Source: Macrostomum lignano (lineage: Eukaryota). From it: 64,000 nt of DNA. This document shows, piece after piece, positions 43,504 to 56,600 of this stretch (the first letter of the stretch is position 1; every line of letters begins with the position of its first letter). The stretch spans positions 62,001-126,000 of the forward strand of contig NIVC01001113.1 in assembly GCA_002269645.1 (NCBI GenBank), written 5' to 3'. Made by a program: the position numbers and the translations under genes. The notes beneath the pieces were generated by a model. The model saw only the letters and a program-made list of their open reading frames with translations, searched no databases and was not told the DNA's origin.

Positions 43504-44019
43504 CTGCCGCTGCAATAACCGCTTTACATCACTTCAGCTGGATTGTCAGCAGCATAAATCTTACAAGTTGAATATATAATTAGTTGGCCAAGTGTGAATT
43601 TCTATCTATAGGACGCGAATGCTTGCGTGAATCAGATAGCCAAGTCACTATATGCCGCTATCTATCCAGCAAGTGGTGTCCAATTCTAACCATTCCTACC
43701 CCCAAGGCATCCGGGGCATCTCACCCCCAGAGACCAGAGCTGGTTGATGACTTGTACTTTTAGTCTACACAAAATCTGCTTCCAACCAAATCTTATATAT
43801 AGCAATCGGGGATGTCCTTCTTCAGCTTATTGACCACGGCTTCTCAGCGGAGCAGACATCCCGGTCCGTGACTGTCGATAATTCATTTATGCCATTGCTT
43901 TATTAGTCGTGTCCCAGTCATTTATCACTCTGGCCTCGTGCTGTGGCTCTCTCTTGATCTGCCAAACCCACTGCATGAGATCTTCTTTCTGCGTTTATAT
44001 TGATCTCTGAACTCTCTAT

Positions 44020-44700
44020 TTCTCATCTCACAGATCTCAAACCTCATCTCACAGATCTTCCTCATCTCACAGATCTTCCTCATCTCACTGATCTTCCTCA
44101 TCTCACAGATCTTCCTCATCTCACAGATATTCCTCATCTCACAGATATTCCTCATCTCACAGATATTCCTCATCTCACAGATATTCCTCATCTCACAGAT
44201 ATTCCTCATCTCACAGATATTCCTCATCTCACAGATATTCCTCATCTCACAGATATTCCTCATCTCACAGATCTTCCTCATCTCACAGATCTTCCTCATC
44301 TCACAGATCTCGATCCCTCTCATATCACTGATCCCTCTCTCATCTCACTGATTTCCCTCTCATATCACTGATCTCCCTCTCATCTCACTGATCTCCCTCT
44401 CATATCACTGATTTCCCTCTCATCTCACTGATCCCCCTCTCATCTCACTGATCTCCCTCTCATCTCACTGATCTCCCTCTCATCTCACTGATCTCCCTCT
44501 CATCTCACTGATCTCCCTCTCATCTCACTGATCTCCCTCTCATCTCACTGATCTCCCTCTCATCTCACTGATCTCCCTCTCATATCACTGATTTCCCTCT
44601 CATCTCACTGATCCCCCTCTCATCTCACAGATTTCCCTCTCATCTCACATAATCCCCCTCTCATCTCACTGATCTTTCTCTAATCTCACTGATTTCCCTA
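44020..44700. repeat. 18-bp then 20-bp related minisatellites (CTCATCTCACAGATATTC / CTCATCTCACTGATCTCCCT)
   Basis: Visible change in unit length along the array. Confidence 0.94.
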
Positions 44701-45107
44701 CTCTCTAAGTTCACAACTGGCCCTCTCATCTAATCTTTTATCTAGAATCCTATCGAGCATACTGAATTTTACCGAATAATATTAATTTTAAAAAGTACCA
44801 GCTGATATAACTAAAGCTGAGCTAGTTATCAATTTCAGCTAGTTCAACAATATCTATACAGAAACCATATTTAAATGAATAGAATTCCCAATCTGACACG
44901 AAGCACCGAGTCCCCAAGTCAACTCACATTTGCAGCAAGGGAACTATATGTAGCTTTTGAGCACGAAATCCAGTCGCTCTCTTATAAACTTTGGCTGAGA
45001 TGTTGGCTTCTCAAAGCTCCATTTTGCAGCAGGAGGCAGGCGAGCTCTCTTGCATTCATTGGCTGCCCGCTAGCTAGTTCATGGGAGCCTAGGGAGGGCG
45101 ACCGACC

Positions 45108-45212
45108 CTTTTTATATCCCATCCAAGCCTATAGCTAATATGATGCCAATCAAAGTTTTCCACCCCAATAGGTTGGCCAGCGAATCCATCAGCTTCATTT
45201 TGGTGATTGGCT
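45108..45212 (-). promoter_or_regulatory. Putative Pol II promoter (TATA and CCAAT boxes) for the minus-strand uncharacterised gene
   Basis: TATAAAA on the minus strand at 45116-45110; CCAAT boxes at 45146, 45165 (+) and 45206-45210 (-); strong donor 180 nt downstream at 44927. Confidence 0.4.
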
Positions 45213-45467
45213 ACATGAATACCAGCAACAGCAAATATGCAAATTTTATGAAACATTTCCGTGTTTTTAATTAAATTGTCTCTTCTGACAACAGTTTCTT
45301 ATAGAAACTCGCGGATTTTTAACTGCAGAGACATGAGCTGCAGACAGATAGAAACAAAAATGATGTTTGATTGATAAATCCAATTCAGTCTGCCTGTCAA
45401 CAACTTAATCTGTCTTTTTTAATCAGATTAAAAAGCTGCGATGTGTCAGCTGCAGCTCCTTGCTTCT

Positions 45468-45715
45468 GTTTGTGTCAGGCCCTAGGGTTGCGTCAGGTCC
45501 ATAGGCTAGTGTCAGGTTCATAGGTTTGTGTCAGATCCTTAGGTTTGTGTCAGGACCATAGGCAAGCTTGTTTCAGGTCCATAGGTTTGTGTCAGATCCT
45601 TAAGCTTGTGTCAAGTGTGCTAAGTTTGTCAGACCCCTCGTTTGTGTCAGGTACTTCTAGGTTTGTTTGTGTCAGGTACATAGTTTTGTCTGCGTCAGAC
45701 CTATATAAGGTTACA
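45468..45715. repeat. Degenerate ~19-20-bp repeat (TTTGTGTCAGGTCCATAGG-like)
   Basis: Recurring TGTGTCAG and CATAGG. Confidence 0.7.
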
Positions 45716-47282
45716 TTTTATTGCGTCAGTATGCTTCTGTAGATTGTGTCAACTACTGAGTCTATTTATGTCAGTTCCTTTACCTTGACTGCATCAGCCT
45801 CCTCTGACAGGCTTTTAACAACGATCCTGATTAAAGTCTGTCATTGTCTCGCAGCCGTTGAGCTAGGTTGTATACCAACCAGATCCTAAACAGTGGATGT
45901 TAAAGTTGAATTCGATGCATAATTTGATTAGTTAATTTAATTAATACAGAAGCCTAATGTATAAGCTATATACATAGAATCTATTAATGCTAGACTCTTA
46001 CCTTTTGATTAATCGTTTTATTATTATTTTCTAAGCCTGCATGCTGTTCATGTCAATCAATCAGTATCTAAACTAGATCTAAGCCATTGACACAAAGCTA
46101 TAGAGAGGCTCATTAATCCATTCAAATAATATGCACTTTACTCCGTTAGCCAGGTAAATGGTTCTGGCTCTTTTTTGGCGCAGATGACAGCCGCATCCGC
46201 CTACTTCAGTCAGCTTCTTCCTGGGAGTTCTTGTGTGCACCGCTAATTCCTATCCTTAGGTACGGCTCAGCTGCATGTTTCTTGTAACGGCCAAAGCCAC
46301 TTAGCAACCCTTGCTTTGGCAGAAAATTGAAGCATATATGCCCCTAGCTACTGTGTCTCCAGATTTGCTTGTGTAGAAGCAAGAAAAAAATAGAAAGAAA
46401 AACGGATCGAGAGATTGTTGGAACACAGAACACTTGTGGGTGACTAATGATGGCTCCGCGCTGTCGTGACAGATATTGAAATTTTGGATAAATTAGGCAA
46501 AAGGGCCAATAGTGTTTAGCTGCAGAAACCATTGAGGACCGTGCAAGCGTTTGGTTAGCGGCATGTAGCTTCATAAATCGAGTTTAACAAAAATATGCGA
46601 GCAATATCATGTTAAAAACTAGATTAAATGTTCGATTTTTTGACTTTGTATAATTCTTAAAGAATTGATCATGTTCAAAGGAAAATAAAAAATACTTGTA
46701 AAAGACGTTCGATTAAAACAAAATCATCTTTAACAAAAAAATTAAAAAAGGATTTGGCAATCAGGCATCCTTATTCCTATAGAAACAAAAATAGAAGTTT
46801 AAAATACAACTATTGAAAATTAAAACAAAAGTAAGTTTGATTGGAAATCAGAAAAAAAAATTGGCAAAAACGGAACAAAATACATAAAACGAAACAATAA
46901 ATAAAGTAGTACTTTTTATAACTCTTGAATTTAGTGTATTACAGTTTAAATTATCAGTATCAATAATAATATAATATTTGTAGTAAGTAGTAGCAAATTT
47001 TTTTTTTATTAATTTTTATTATTTATAAAAAATTCAATACTCAAATCAAATTGAAACGTAAAGTTTGAGAATTAAAACAAAACTAGACGGCCTTTTAAAG
47101 CAGAAATATTTAACAACTAAAACAAAAAAATCATTTATGACTAATAAGCAACAAAAAATTTGTAAACTATTAAAAATTTCATAAAACTGAAAATTATCTG
47201 ACAAAGACCTAACGATTAAAACAAAAAAACGCGGTTGATTTGAAGAGGCAACTAATCGACAATTTAAAATAAAAATTTGAAA

Positions 47283-50200
47283 CTAATTTGAAACTAACTG
47301 CACCAACGAGTCAAGAAATTTATCCGCTGTACTTGAGGAGGACTTGACGCTCAACTTGCAATACTGACTGATTCTGACTGCCTCTCGTACGCCGCTCAGC
47401 AGAGCTCCGTGCACAGTTGAAAAAAAGCAAGGGTGAGTGTGCTCGCCAGCGAAACAAACCGCTGGCTTATCTGATGCCGAATATTTAATTGGATCCCAGA
47501 GAGCCGAGTGAAGTTCGGGATTTGAGCCCGGCAAGAAATGGCTGTACGAGCCGAGAAAATTCTGTTTCGAACCGAATGCAGATCTGCGATTTTTGGATTG
47601 ATTCAATTTAAAAGATTAAAATATTCCTTAAAAATCGCTGCAACTACTCAATAAATTAGTAGTTAAGAAGAGTTAAACTATCTAAATTAAAAAAGGTCTA
47701 AATTTCTCAGTTTTTTATGGCTTGATGTGTATACTCGCCTGATAATTTCTAGAATTTCTGGCACGGCACACCGGAAGACGCCTTCCAGCTGTTTGGTCAA
47801 ATCCTCTATTAGCTCTGCTTCAGACTTGACCTCCATTGATTTTGCGTAGTCGCCTGCGATCCAAACTAAAATCGGTAGTATATGCAGCGTATCAGTAGTA
47901 AAATACATACGAGATTTTTAACTTGACAGTTAAGCGAAAACACCAAAGTCGAAACCTACACATGATAATGTCCCTATCCTTGTTGACAACCGACAGAGAG
48001 AAGACTCCATCAACCCAGGTATTGCACAGCTGCTGGCGAACAATCCACAGGTGATTGCAATCAACAGGCAGAGGAACCGGTGCAGCTAAGCGAACAAAGA
48101 TTTTGTCCACAACGCCCAGTTGCATCTGTTTCAGCGCTGACTGTCTCTCGTTGGTTACCAGGCTGGGCTCGATCAGCTGATTGGCTTGGAGCACACCCAG
48201 TGACACAGTGACCAGCGCGTGATCGAACTGCTGCCACTGGGAGTCTATCAGTAGGGAAGCCGAACCATCCGGTGTTAGGGATATGCGGTCCACCTGCAGT
48301 AGGAAAATGCGAAAATATATAGTATAGTATTGCTTGCTGACCCAATCTCTGACCTAAAATGTAGTAGCTGACCCAATCTCTGACCTAAAATGTAGTAGCT
48401 GACCCAATCTCTGACCTAGTGGCTGACTCAATCTCTGACCTAGTAGCTGACCCAATCTCTCACCTAGTAGCTGACCCAATCAATCTCTGACCTAGTAGCT
48501 TACACAATCTCTGACCCAATCTTTGACCTAGTAGCTGCCATAATCTCTGACCTAGTAGCTGGCACAATCTCTGACCTAGTAGCTGACCCAATCTCTGACC
48601 TAGTAGCTGACCCAATCTCTGACCTAGTAGCTGACTCAATCTCTGACCTAGTAGCTGACCCAATCTCTGACCTAGTAGCTGAACAAAGCTATAACCTAGT
48701 AGCTGACCCAATCTCTGACCTAGTAGCTGACTCAATCTCTGACCTAGTAGCTGACCCAATCTCTGACCTAGTAGCTGAACAAAGCTATAACCTAGTAGCT
48801 GACCCAAGCTATAACCTAGTAGCTGACCCAATCTCTGACCTAATAGCTGACCCAATCTCTGACCTAGTATCTGACACAATCTCTGACCTAGTAGCTGACC
48901 CAATCTCTGACCTAGTAGCTGACACAATCTCTGATCTAGTAGCTGACCCAACCTCTGACCTAGTATCTGACACAATCTCTGACCTAGTAGCTGACCCAAT
49001 CTCTCAACTAGTAGCTGACACAATCTCTGACCTAGTAGCTGGGTAATAGCTAATAGCTGACACAATCTCTGACCTAGTAGCTGACCGAATCTCTGACCTA
49101 CTGCATGGTGAAGAGGTTAAATATAAGGGAAAGTTAATTCATTTAAAGTGACCTTAATTATCCTTGCCTTTGAGAAAGCACCGAATGACCTTTTTCTGAC
49201 CTTTACAGTCATCTGAGATGGCCTCAAAGAGCCTGAAGCACTGAATGAACCTTCTAGTGACTGAAATAAGATCCAAATACACAGAGTGACACTTAAGTGA
49301 CCTTAGATGACCCTAAAAACAAAGTACTGACCGACCTCTTTAGTGATCTTAAATGATGGCGATTCACTGAGATCTTGCAACACTGACTATCCTTTCTCCA
49401 AGCCTTATACATGCCCGCAACCAGCGCTGACGGCAATTCTGCCCACTCCGCTGACTCATGAGCACATACTTTACTAGCGCGCCACGACTGTACGAAGGCA
49501 CGCACTCATGCTCACACAGGGTTGGTCCTCATGGCTGCGAATTTCACGACAACATCCAACAGCCAATTAACGCCTGTGTACTGCACAAAACTTCAACTTA
49601 ATGTGACCTCAAATGACCTACAGATAACAAGCAAAAGCACTAAATCAATGTCAAATATTCTTCAGCACTGACCATAGATCCCAGTCCCAGTGCCCTAGAC
49701 CTTAGCAGCCAAAGATCCCAGATACTAAATCCCTTCTCACCTTGGTCCCCAACTGCAGGCACTGCTCTGGCAGCCAGCCTCCCAGAATCGACACCAAACG
49801 ATCGAACGCACTCCAGTCGGACCTGTTGCCGCCAACAGCTGTGTGATCTGTATAAGCCGCCTGCCCCAGAACTCCCAGCTGTGCCAAACAGTCAACTCCT
49901 TCACTTTTGCCGTATTGCAAGCAGACCGAACGCAGAGCAGACTGGAACAGCTTTTTTTCACTGTCATCTGTTTCACTATTGAGATCGAACAGTTTCCGCT
50001 GGGAGAGCAGATCAGCAACGCTCAGATCAAATCTATCCCTAAATTCAACCTCATCATCCGCTGAGGCCAACGCACATCTCAACGTCTCAGTCGCTTGAGA
50101 CATCAAGCTCAACGGCAAATCGACGCCCGACTCTGTGCAAGCGGCGTCCGCGGCAGCGACGGTGTTAGGAATTGACGACCAGACGAAGACGTCTTCGATG

Positions 50201-51157
50201 CTGGGGTCCTTCTCGGCGGCCTGCAGGCATTGGGGGCCCAGCAGCTGAGTCAGAGGCTTGTACAGCGGGTTGGCGAGGCCGCCATGAAGCCACATCGCGC
50301 CCATGGCTAGGCGGGTTCGGCCTGGTGTATAGGAAAGCTACTTTTAAGACAGGTAAGATTGGTCATTAAACAGAATAAGTGGACAGGTAGCAATACCAAT
50401 TATACAAATATAGTTAACAGATAGACAATCGGACAGACATTAGGTGTGGACAGGTAGGAAGACTGTCAGACAATAGCAATGGACAGGTAGTAAGACTGTC
50501 AGACAATAGCAATGGACAGGCAGTAAGACTGTCAGACAATAGCAATGGACAGGCAGTAAGACTGTTATACAATAGCAATGGACAGGTAGTAGGACTGTCA
50601 GACAATAGCAATGGACAGGCAGTAAGGCTGTCAGACAATAGCAATGGACAGGTAGTAGGACTGTCAGACAATAGCAATGGACAGGTAGTAGGACTGTCAG
50701 GCAATAGGTAAGGAGAGGTAGTAGGACTGTCAGGCAATAGGTAAGGAGAGGTAGTAGGACTGTCAGGCAATAGGTAAGGAGAGGTAGTAGGACTGTCAGG
50801 CAAAAGGTAAGGAGAGGTAGTAGTACTGTCAGGCAATAGGGAAGGACAGGCAGTAAGACTGTCAGACAATAGCAATGGACAGGTAGTAGTACTGTCAGAC
50901 AATAGCAATGGACAGGCAGTAAGACTGTCAGACAATAGGTAAGGACAGGCAGTAAAGCTGTTAGACAAATGCAAAAGTCATAAACGCCTTGAGCACCCAC
51001 CACGCCAGAAGCTGTGCACTCTGCCACCAAGCCGACTCTCAGCCTCGAACAGGGTGATCCTGAGCCCGGCCCTGTGCAGCAGGGCAGCAGCAATCAGCCC
51101 GGACAAGCCGCCACCAATCACGGCAACGGAAGCAGAAGCTCCAGCTTCATCATCCAT
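47283..51157 (-). CDS. PAOX: Flavin polyamine/spermine oxidase (PAOX/SMOX family), paralogue B, 5 exons
   Basis: Phase-consistent exons 51157-51001, 50321-49741, 48293-47960, 47865-47739 (GC donor) and 47583-47283. Motifs: VAVIGGGLSGL, FEAESRLGGRV, GAMWLHG, VTVSLGVLQ, LGVVDKIF, GSYS, CFAGEHTH..FSTVHGALLSGVREA. PAOX versus SMOX orthology is unresolved. Confidence 0.88.
48335..49100. repeat. 24-bp minisatellite (CTGACCCAATCTCTGACCTAGTAG), paralogue B intron 2
   Basis: Same unit as 55315-56432. Confidence 0.97.
50440..50965. repeat. 33-bp minisatellite (GGACAGGTAGTAAGACTGTCAGACAATAGCAAT), paralogue B intron 1
   Basis: Produces an 11-aa periodic pseudo-ORF. Confidence 0.95.
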
Positions 51158-51624
51158 CGTATTGACTGCTGTCTAAGGTCTGGAAGCAGTTGGAATCAGT
51201 GGAGACTGTCTAATCCCCAGGCATGTACACTTTCTGCGCCTTTGGGTTTGGCCCTAATGGCTGTGAATGTTCAAGCACACAAGCCCCAAATGAGTGTGGC
51301 GAACCAGCTGCTTTGCGGCCCGTTACCATGGTTACATGTTAATGTAAATGACACTAAAATGAAGACATTTATTGATGTGTACTTTTTCAATTAAAATCAT
51401 TTAATAAAATTTAATTAATTAAAAAAGCTCCATAATTGAAAAAATCAAGACAATTAAATGTGAATTAAAGTATAGCATTTAATCAGTTAATCGATTGAGG
51501 CAGTATTCCTGAAGCAGTTCTCAAGCAATCTTAAAAAAACAGAGGAAAAGAAAAAACAATTGCACATTTTATTGAATACTGAATGCCTATGCTCAATGCT
51601 GTTGAAGTTGCTTCTTTGCAGGGC

Positions 51625-52970
51625 TTAGACGGAGAGGGGAGAGACAGAGAGGGGAGAGACAGAGAGGGGAGAGACAAAGAGGGGAGAGACAGAGAGGGAA
51701 GAGACAGAGAGGGGAGAGACAGAGGGGGGAGACGGAGAGGGGAGAGACGGAGAGGGGAGAGACAGAGAGGGGAGAGACGGAGAGGGGAGAGACGGAGAGG
51801 GGAGAGACAGAGAGGGGAGAGACGGAGAGGGGAGAGACAGAGAGGGGAGAGACAGAGAGGGGAAAGACAGAGAGGGGAGAGACAGAGAGGGGAGAGACGG
51901 AGAGGGGAGAGACAGAGAGAGAGACGGAGAGGGGAGAGACAGAGAGGGGAGAGACGGAGAGGGGAGAGACAGAGAGGGGGGAGACGGAGAGTGGAGAGAC
52001 GGAGAGGGGAGAGACGGAGAGGGGAGAGACGGAGAGGGGAGAGACGGAGAGGGGAGAGACGGAGAGGGGAGAGACAGAGAGGGGGGAGACGGAGAGGGGA
52101 GAGACGGAGAGGGGAGAGACAGAGAGGGGAGAGACGGAGAGGGGAGAGACAGAGAGGGGAGAGACGGAGATGGGAGAGACAGAGAGGGGAGAGACGGAGA
52201 GGGGAGAGACAGAGAGGGGGGAGACAAAGAGGGGAGAGACGGAGAGGGGAGAGACGGAGAGGGGAGAGACAGAGAGGGGAGAGACGGAGACGGGAGAGAC
52301 AGAGAGGGGAGAGACGGAGAATGGAGAGACAGAGAGGGGAGAGACGGAGAGGGGAGAGACAGAGAGGGGGGAGACGGAGAGGGGAGAGACGGAGAGGGGA
52401 GAGACAGAGAGGGGAGAGACGGAGAGGAGAGAGACGGAGAGGGGAGAGACGGAGAGGGGAGAGACAGAGAGGGGAGAGACGGAGAGGGGAGAGACAGAGA
52501 GGGGAGAGACGGAGAGGGGAGAGACAGAGAGGGGAGAGACGGAGAGGGGAGAGACGGAGAGGGGAGAGACGGAGAGGGGAGAGACAGAGAGGGGAGAGAC
52601 GGAGAGGGGAGAGACAGAGAGGGGAGAGACGGAGAGGGGAGAGACGGAGAGGGGAGAGACGGAGAGGGGAGAGACAGAGAGAGGGGAGAGACGGAGAGGG
52701 GAGAGACAGAGAGGGGGGAGACGGAGAGGGGAGAGACGGAGAGGGGGGAGACGGAGAGTCGAGAGACGGAGAGGGGAGAGACAGAGAGGGGAGAGACGGA
52801 GAGGGGAGAGACAGAGAGGGAGAGACAGAGAGGGGAGAGACGGAGAGGGGAGAGACAGAGAGGGGAGAGACGGAGAGGGGAGAGACAGAGAGGGGAGAGA
52901 CGGAGAGGGGAGAGACAGAGAGGGGAGAGACGGTGGAGAGGGAGATGGGGGAGGGAGAGAGAAAAGGAGA
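51625..52970. repeat. 15-bp purine-rich minisatellite (GGAGAGGGGAGAGAC) between the oxidase paralogues
   Basis: Produces the 5-aa RGERR/LSPLR pseudo-ORFs. Confidence 0.97.
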
Positions 52971-53216
52971 CGAATAGGAAAGGAGAGGCCGGAGCATTTT
53001 ATGCCAGAGAAGAACCTGTGAAAAGAGCTGAATTGTGGAAAAAAGCGTACCTCAACGAATAATGATTCACCAACTATCTTGACTATCTATGCAAATGATT
53101 ATAAAATCAACCGTGCCAGATCCGTTTGATTAGTATTGCTAAACAGTCTATCCAAATTTTTCTATTTTCTACTGCTGAAAAAAAATCTCTGTGTTCCGTT
53201 AGACACGCGCCGCAGG

Positions 53217-53479
53217 TCAGATCATGGCAGCCAAATCCGACTTGGCCTCGGCCAGATTATAATAGGCGGCAAGGCGACGGGCTTCGCGAACCCCGCTAAG
53301 GAAAGCCCCCTGCACTGTGGCGTAGTGCTTCTCAGATGTGTGCTCGCCTGCGAAACAGATGGCCGCCTGCGGGCGGGACGGGCGGTCTGTCTGTCTGTCT
53401 GTCTGTGTGTCTGTCTGTCTGTCTGCCTGCCTGTCTGTCTGTCTGTCTGCCTGCCTGACTGTCTGTCTGTCTGTCTGTG

Positions 53480-53536
<57 letters not shown>

Positions 53537-53567
53537 GCCTGTCTGTGTGTCTGTCTGTCTGTCTGTG

Positions 53568-53626
<59 letters not shown>

Positions 53627-56600
53627 ATCAGTGCCTGTATCAGAGCCTGTATCAGAGACTGTATCAGAGACTGTATCAGAGACTGTATCAGTTTGTATCA
53701 GAGACTGTATCAGAGCCTGTATCAGAGACTGTATCAGAGCCTGTATTAGAGACTGTATCAGAGCCTGTATTAGAGACTGTATCAGAGACTGTATCAGAGC
53801 CTGTATCAGAGACTGTATCAGAGCCTGTATCAGAGACTGTATTAGAGACTGTATCATAGACTATATCAGAGACTGTATCAGAGACTGTATCAGAGCCTGT
53901 ATCAGAGACTGTATCAGAGACTGTATCAGAGACTGTATCAGATACTGTATCAGAGACTGTATCAGAGACTGTATCAGAGACTGTATCAGAGACTGTATCA
54001 GAGACTGTATCAGAGACTGTATCAGAGACTGTGTCAGACTGTATCAGAGACTGTATCAGAGACTGTATCAGAGACTGTATCAGAGACTGTATCAGAGACT
54101 GTATTAGAGCCTGTATCAGAGCCTGTATTAGAGCCTGTATCAGAGACTGTATCAGAGAACGTATCAGAGCCTGTATTAGAGCCTGTATCAGAGACTGTAT
54201 CAGAGAACGTATCAGAGCCTGTATTAGAGCCTGTATCAGAGACTGTATCAGAGAACGTATCAGAGACTGTATTAGAGCCTGTATCAGAGCCTGTATCAGA
54301 GCCAACCTCTCTCTGCCTTACCTTGCTGACCCCGCCAGCAGAGCCGGCAAACTCGATGGGGCTGGCCAGCTTCCGCGCTGCCCCGGGCTCACAGCCGGGC
54401 ACGTAGCTGCTGTAGGAGCCACATAAGTTCGGATCCTGACCGAATGAGGTGCTGGAAAAAACAATCAAAACGCGGTGGACATTTTCTAAAGCTTATTACA
54501 ACCTTCTCAAGTGAATCAAGCAACCGAGCAGCTTACCGCAACAGTTTCGTCACACGAGGCAGACGGCAGCGCAGAGCGGATTCTAAATAGGACACCAATA
54601 GAGCCTCTACCTGCTCTGCAGACTGACTCTCCATTTCCTTTGCGTAATTACCAGCTAGCCACACTGTGGTGTTTTGATCAGATAGGTTAGTCGAATTAGA
54701 GGATTAAACTGAAGAATCAGAGGATTAACCTGAAGAATCAGGGGATTAACTTGAAAAATCAGAGGATTAACCGTGAAGAATCAGAGGATCAACCTGAAGA
54801 ATCAGAGGATCAACCTGAAGAATCAGAGGATCAACCGGAAGAGTCACAAGATTAACCTGAGGAATCAGAGGATTAACCTGAAAAATCAGGGGATTGACCT
54901 GAAGAATCAGGGTCAAACTAGTCGGATAGGCCACTCACAAATAAGAGTATCTCTGCTCTTATTAACAACAGACACTCCAGTTAATCCATCCAGCCAGTTT
55001 CGATGCAGCCGCTGTTTGATAATCCACAGGTGATTGCAATTGTTGGGCAATTCTATTGGCAAAGCAAATCGAACAAAGATTTTGTCCACAACGCCCAGTT
55101 GCATCTGTTTCAGCGCTGACTGTCTCTCGCTGGTTACCAGGCTGGGCTCGATCAGCTGATTGGCTTGGAGCACACCCAGTGACACAGTGACCAGCGCGTG
55201 ATCGAACTGCTGCCACTGGGAGTCTATCAGTAGCGAGACCGCACCATCCGGTGTTAGGGATATGCGGTCCACCTGCAGTAGGAAAATGCGAAAATATATA
55301 GTATAGTATTGCTTGCTGACCCAATCTATGACCTAAAATGTAGTAGCTGACCCAATCTCTGACCTAGTAGCTGACCTATTCTCTGACCTAGTAGCTGAAC
55401 AAAGCTATAACCTAGTAGCTGACCGAAGCTATAACCTAGTAGCTGACCCAATCTCTGACCTAATAGCTGACCCAATCTCTGACCTAGTAGCTGACCCAAT
55501 CTCTGACCTAGTAGCTGACCCAATCTCTGACCTAGTAGCTGACCCAATCTCTGACCTAGTAGCTGACCCAATCTCTGACCTAGTAGCTGACTCAATCTCT
55601 GACCTAGTAGCTGACCCAATCTCTGACCTAGTAGCTGAACAAAGCTATAACCTAGTAGCTGACCCAATCTCTGACCTAGTAGCTGAACAAAGCTATAACC
55701 TAGTAGCTGACCCAAGCTATAACCTAGTAGCTGACCCAATCTCTGACCTAATAGCTGACCCAATCTCTGACCTAGTAGCTGACCCAATCTCTGACCTAGT
55801 AACTGACCCAATCTCTGACCTAGTAGCTGACCCAATCTCTGACCTAGTAGCTGACCCAATCTCTGACCTAGTAGCTGACTCAATCTCTGACCTAGTAGCT
55901 GACCCAATCTCTGACCTAGTAGCTGAACAAAGCTATAACCTAGTAGCTGACCCAATCTCTGACCTAGTAGCTGACCCAATCTCTGACCTAGTAGCTGACC
56001 CAATCTCTGACCTAGTAGCTGACCCAATCTCTGACCTAGTAGCTGACCCAATCTCTGACCTAGTAGCTGACCCAATCTCTGACCTAGTAGCTGACCCAAT
56101 CTCTGACCTAGTAGCTGACCCAATCTCTGACCTAGTAGCTGACCCAATCTCTGACCTAGTAGCTGACCCAATCTCTGACCTAGTAGCTGACCCAATCTCT
56201 GACCTAGTAGCTGACCCAATCTCTGACCTAGTAGCTGACCGAATCTCTGACCTAGTACCTGACCCAATCTCTGACCTAGTAGCTGACCGAATCTCTGACC
56301 TAGTACCTGACCCAATCTCTGACCTAGTAGCTGACCGAATCTCTGACCCAGTAGCTGACCCAATCTCTGACCCAATCTTTGACCTAGTAGCTGACACAAT
56401 CTCTGACCTAGTCCTGACCCAATCTCTTGACCTCCAATCTCCAACCGACAACCTACCCGAGAATTCAGTCGGACACAGTTGTCAGGCAGCCTGTCTGCCA
56501 GCGCATCGATCAACCCGACCATGCCCCCAGCAACCAGGCATTGACCATCGGGGCAGGTGTAATCCGAGCCGCCAACAATAGACAGATCATTTAGACTGTG

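Noticed and set aside
51531-52997. RGERR/LSPLR ORFs resembling SR or protamine-like proteins
   Set aside because: 15-bp purine array that cannot form stops in several frames; intergenic.
55326-56456. QLLGQRLG-repeat extension of the oxidase ORF
   Set aside because: Lies after a canonical donor at 56456 that matches the paralogue B donor, and ends in a stop before exon 3.
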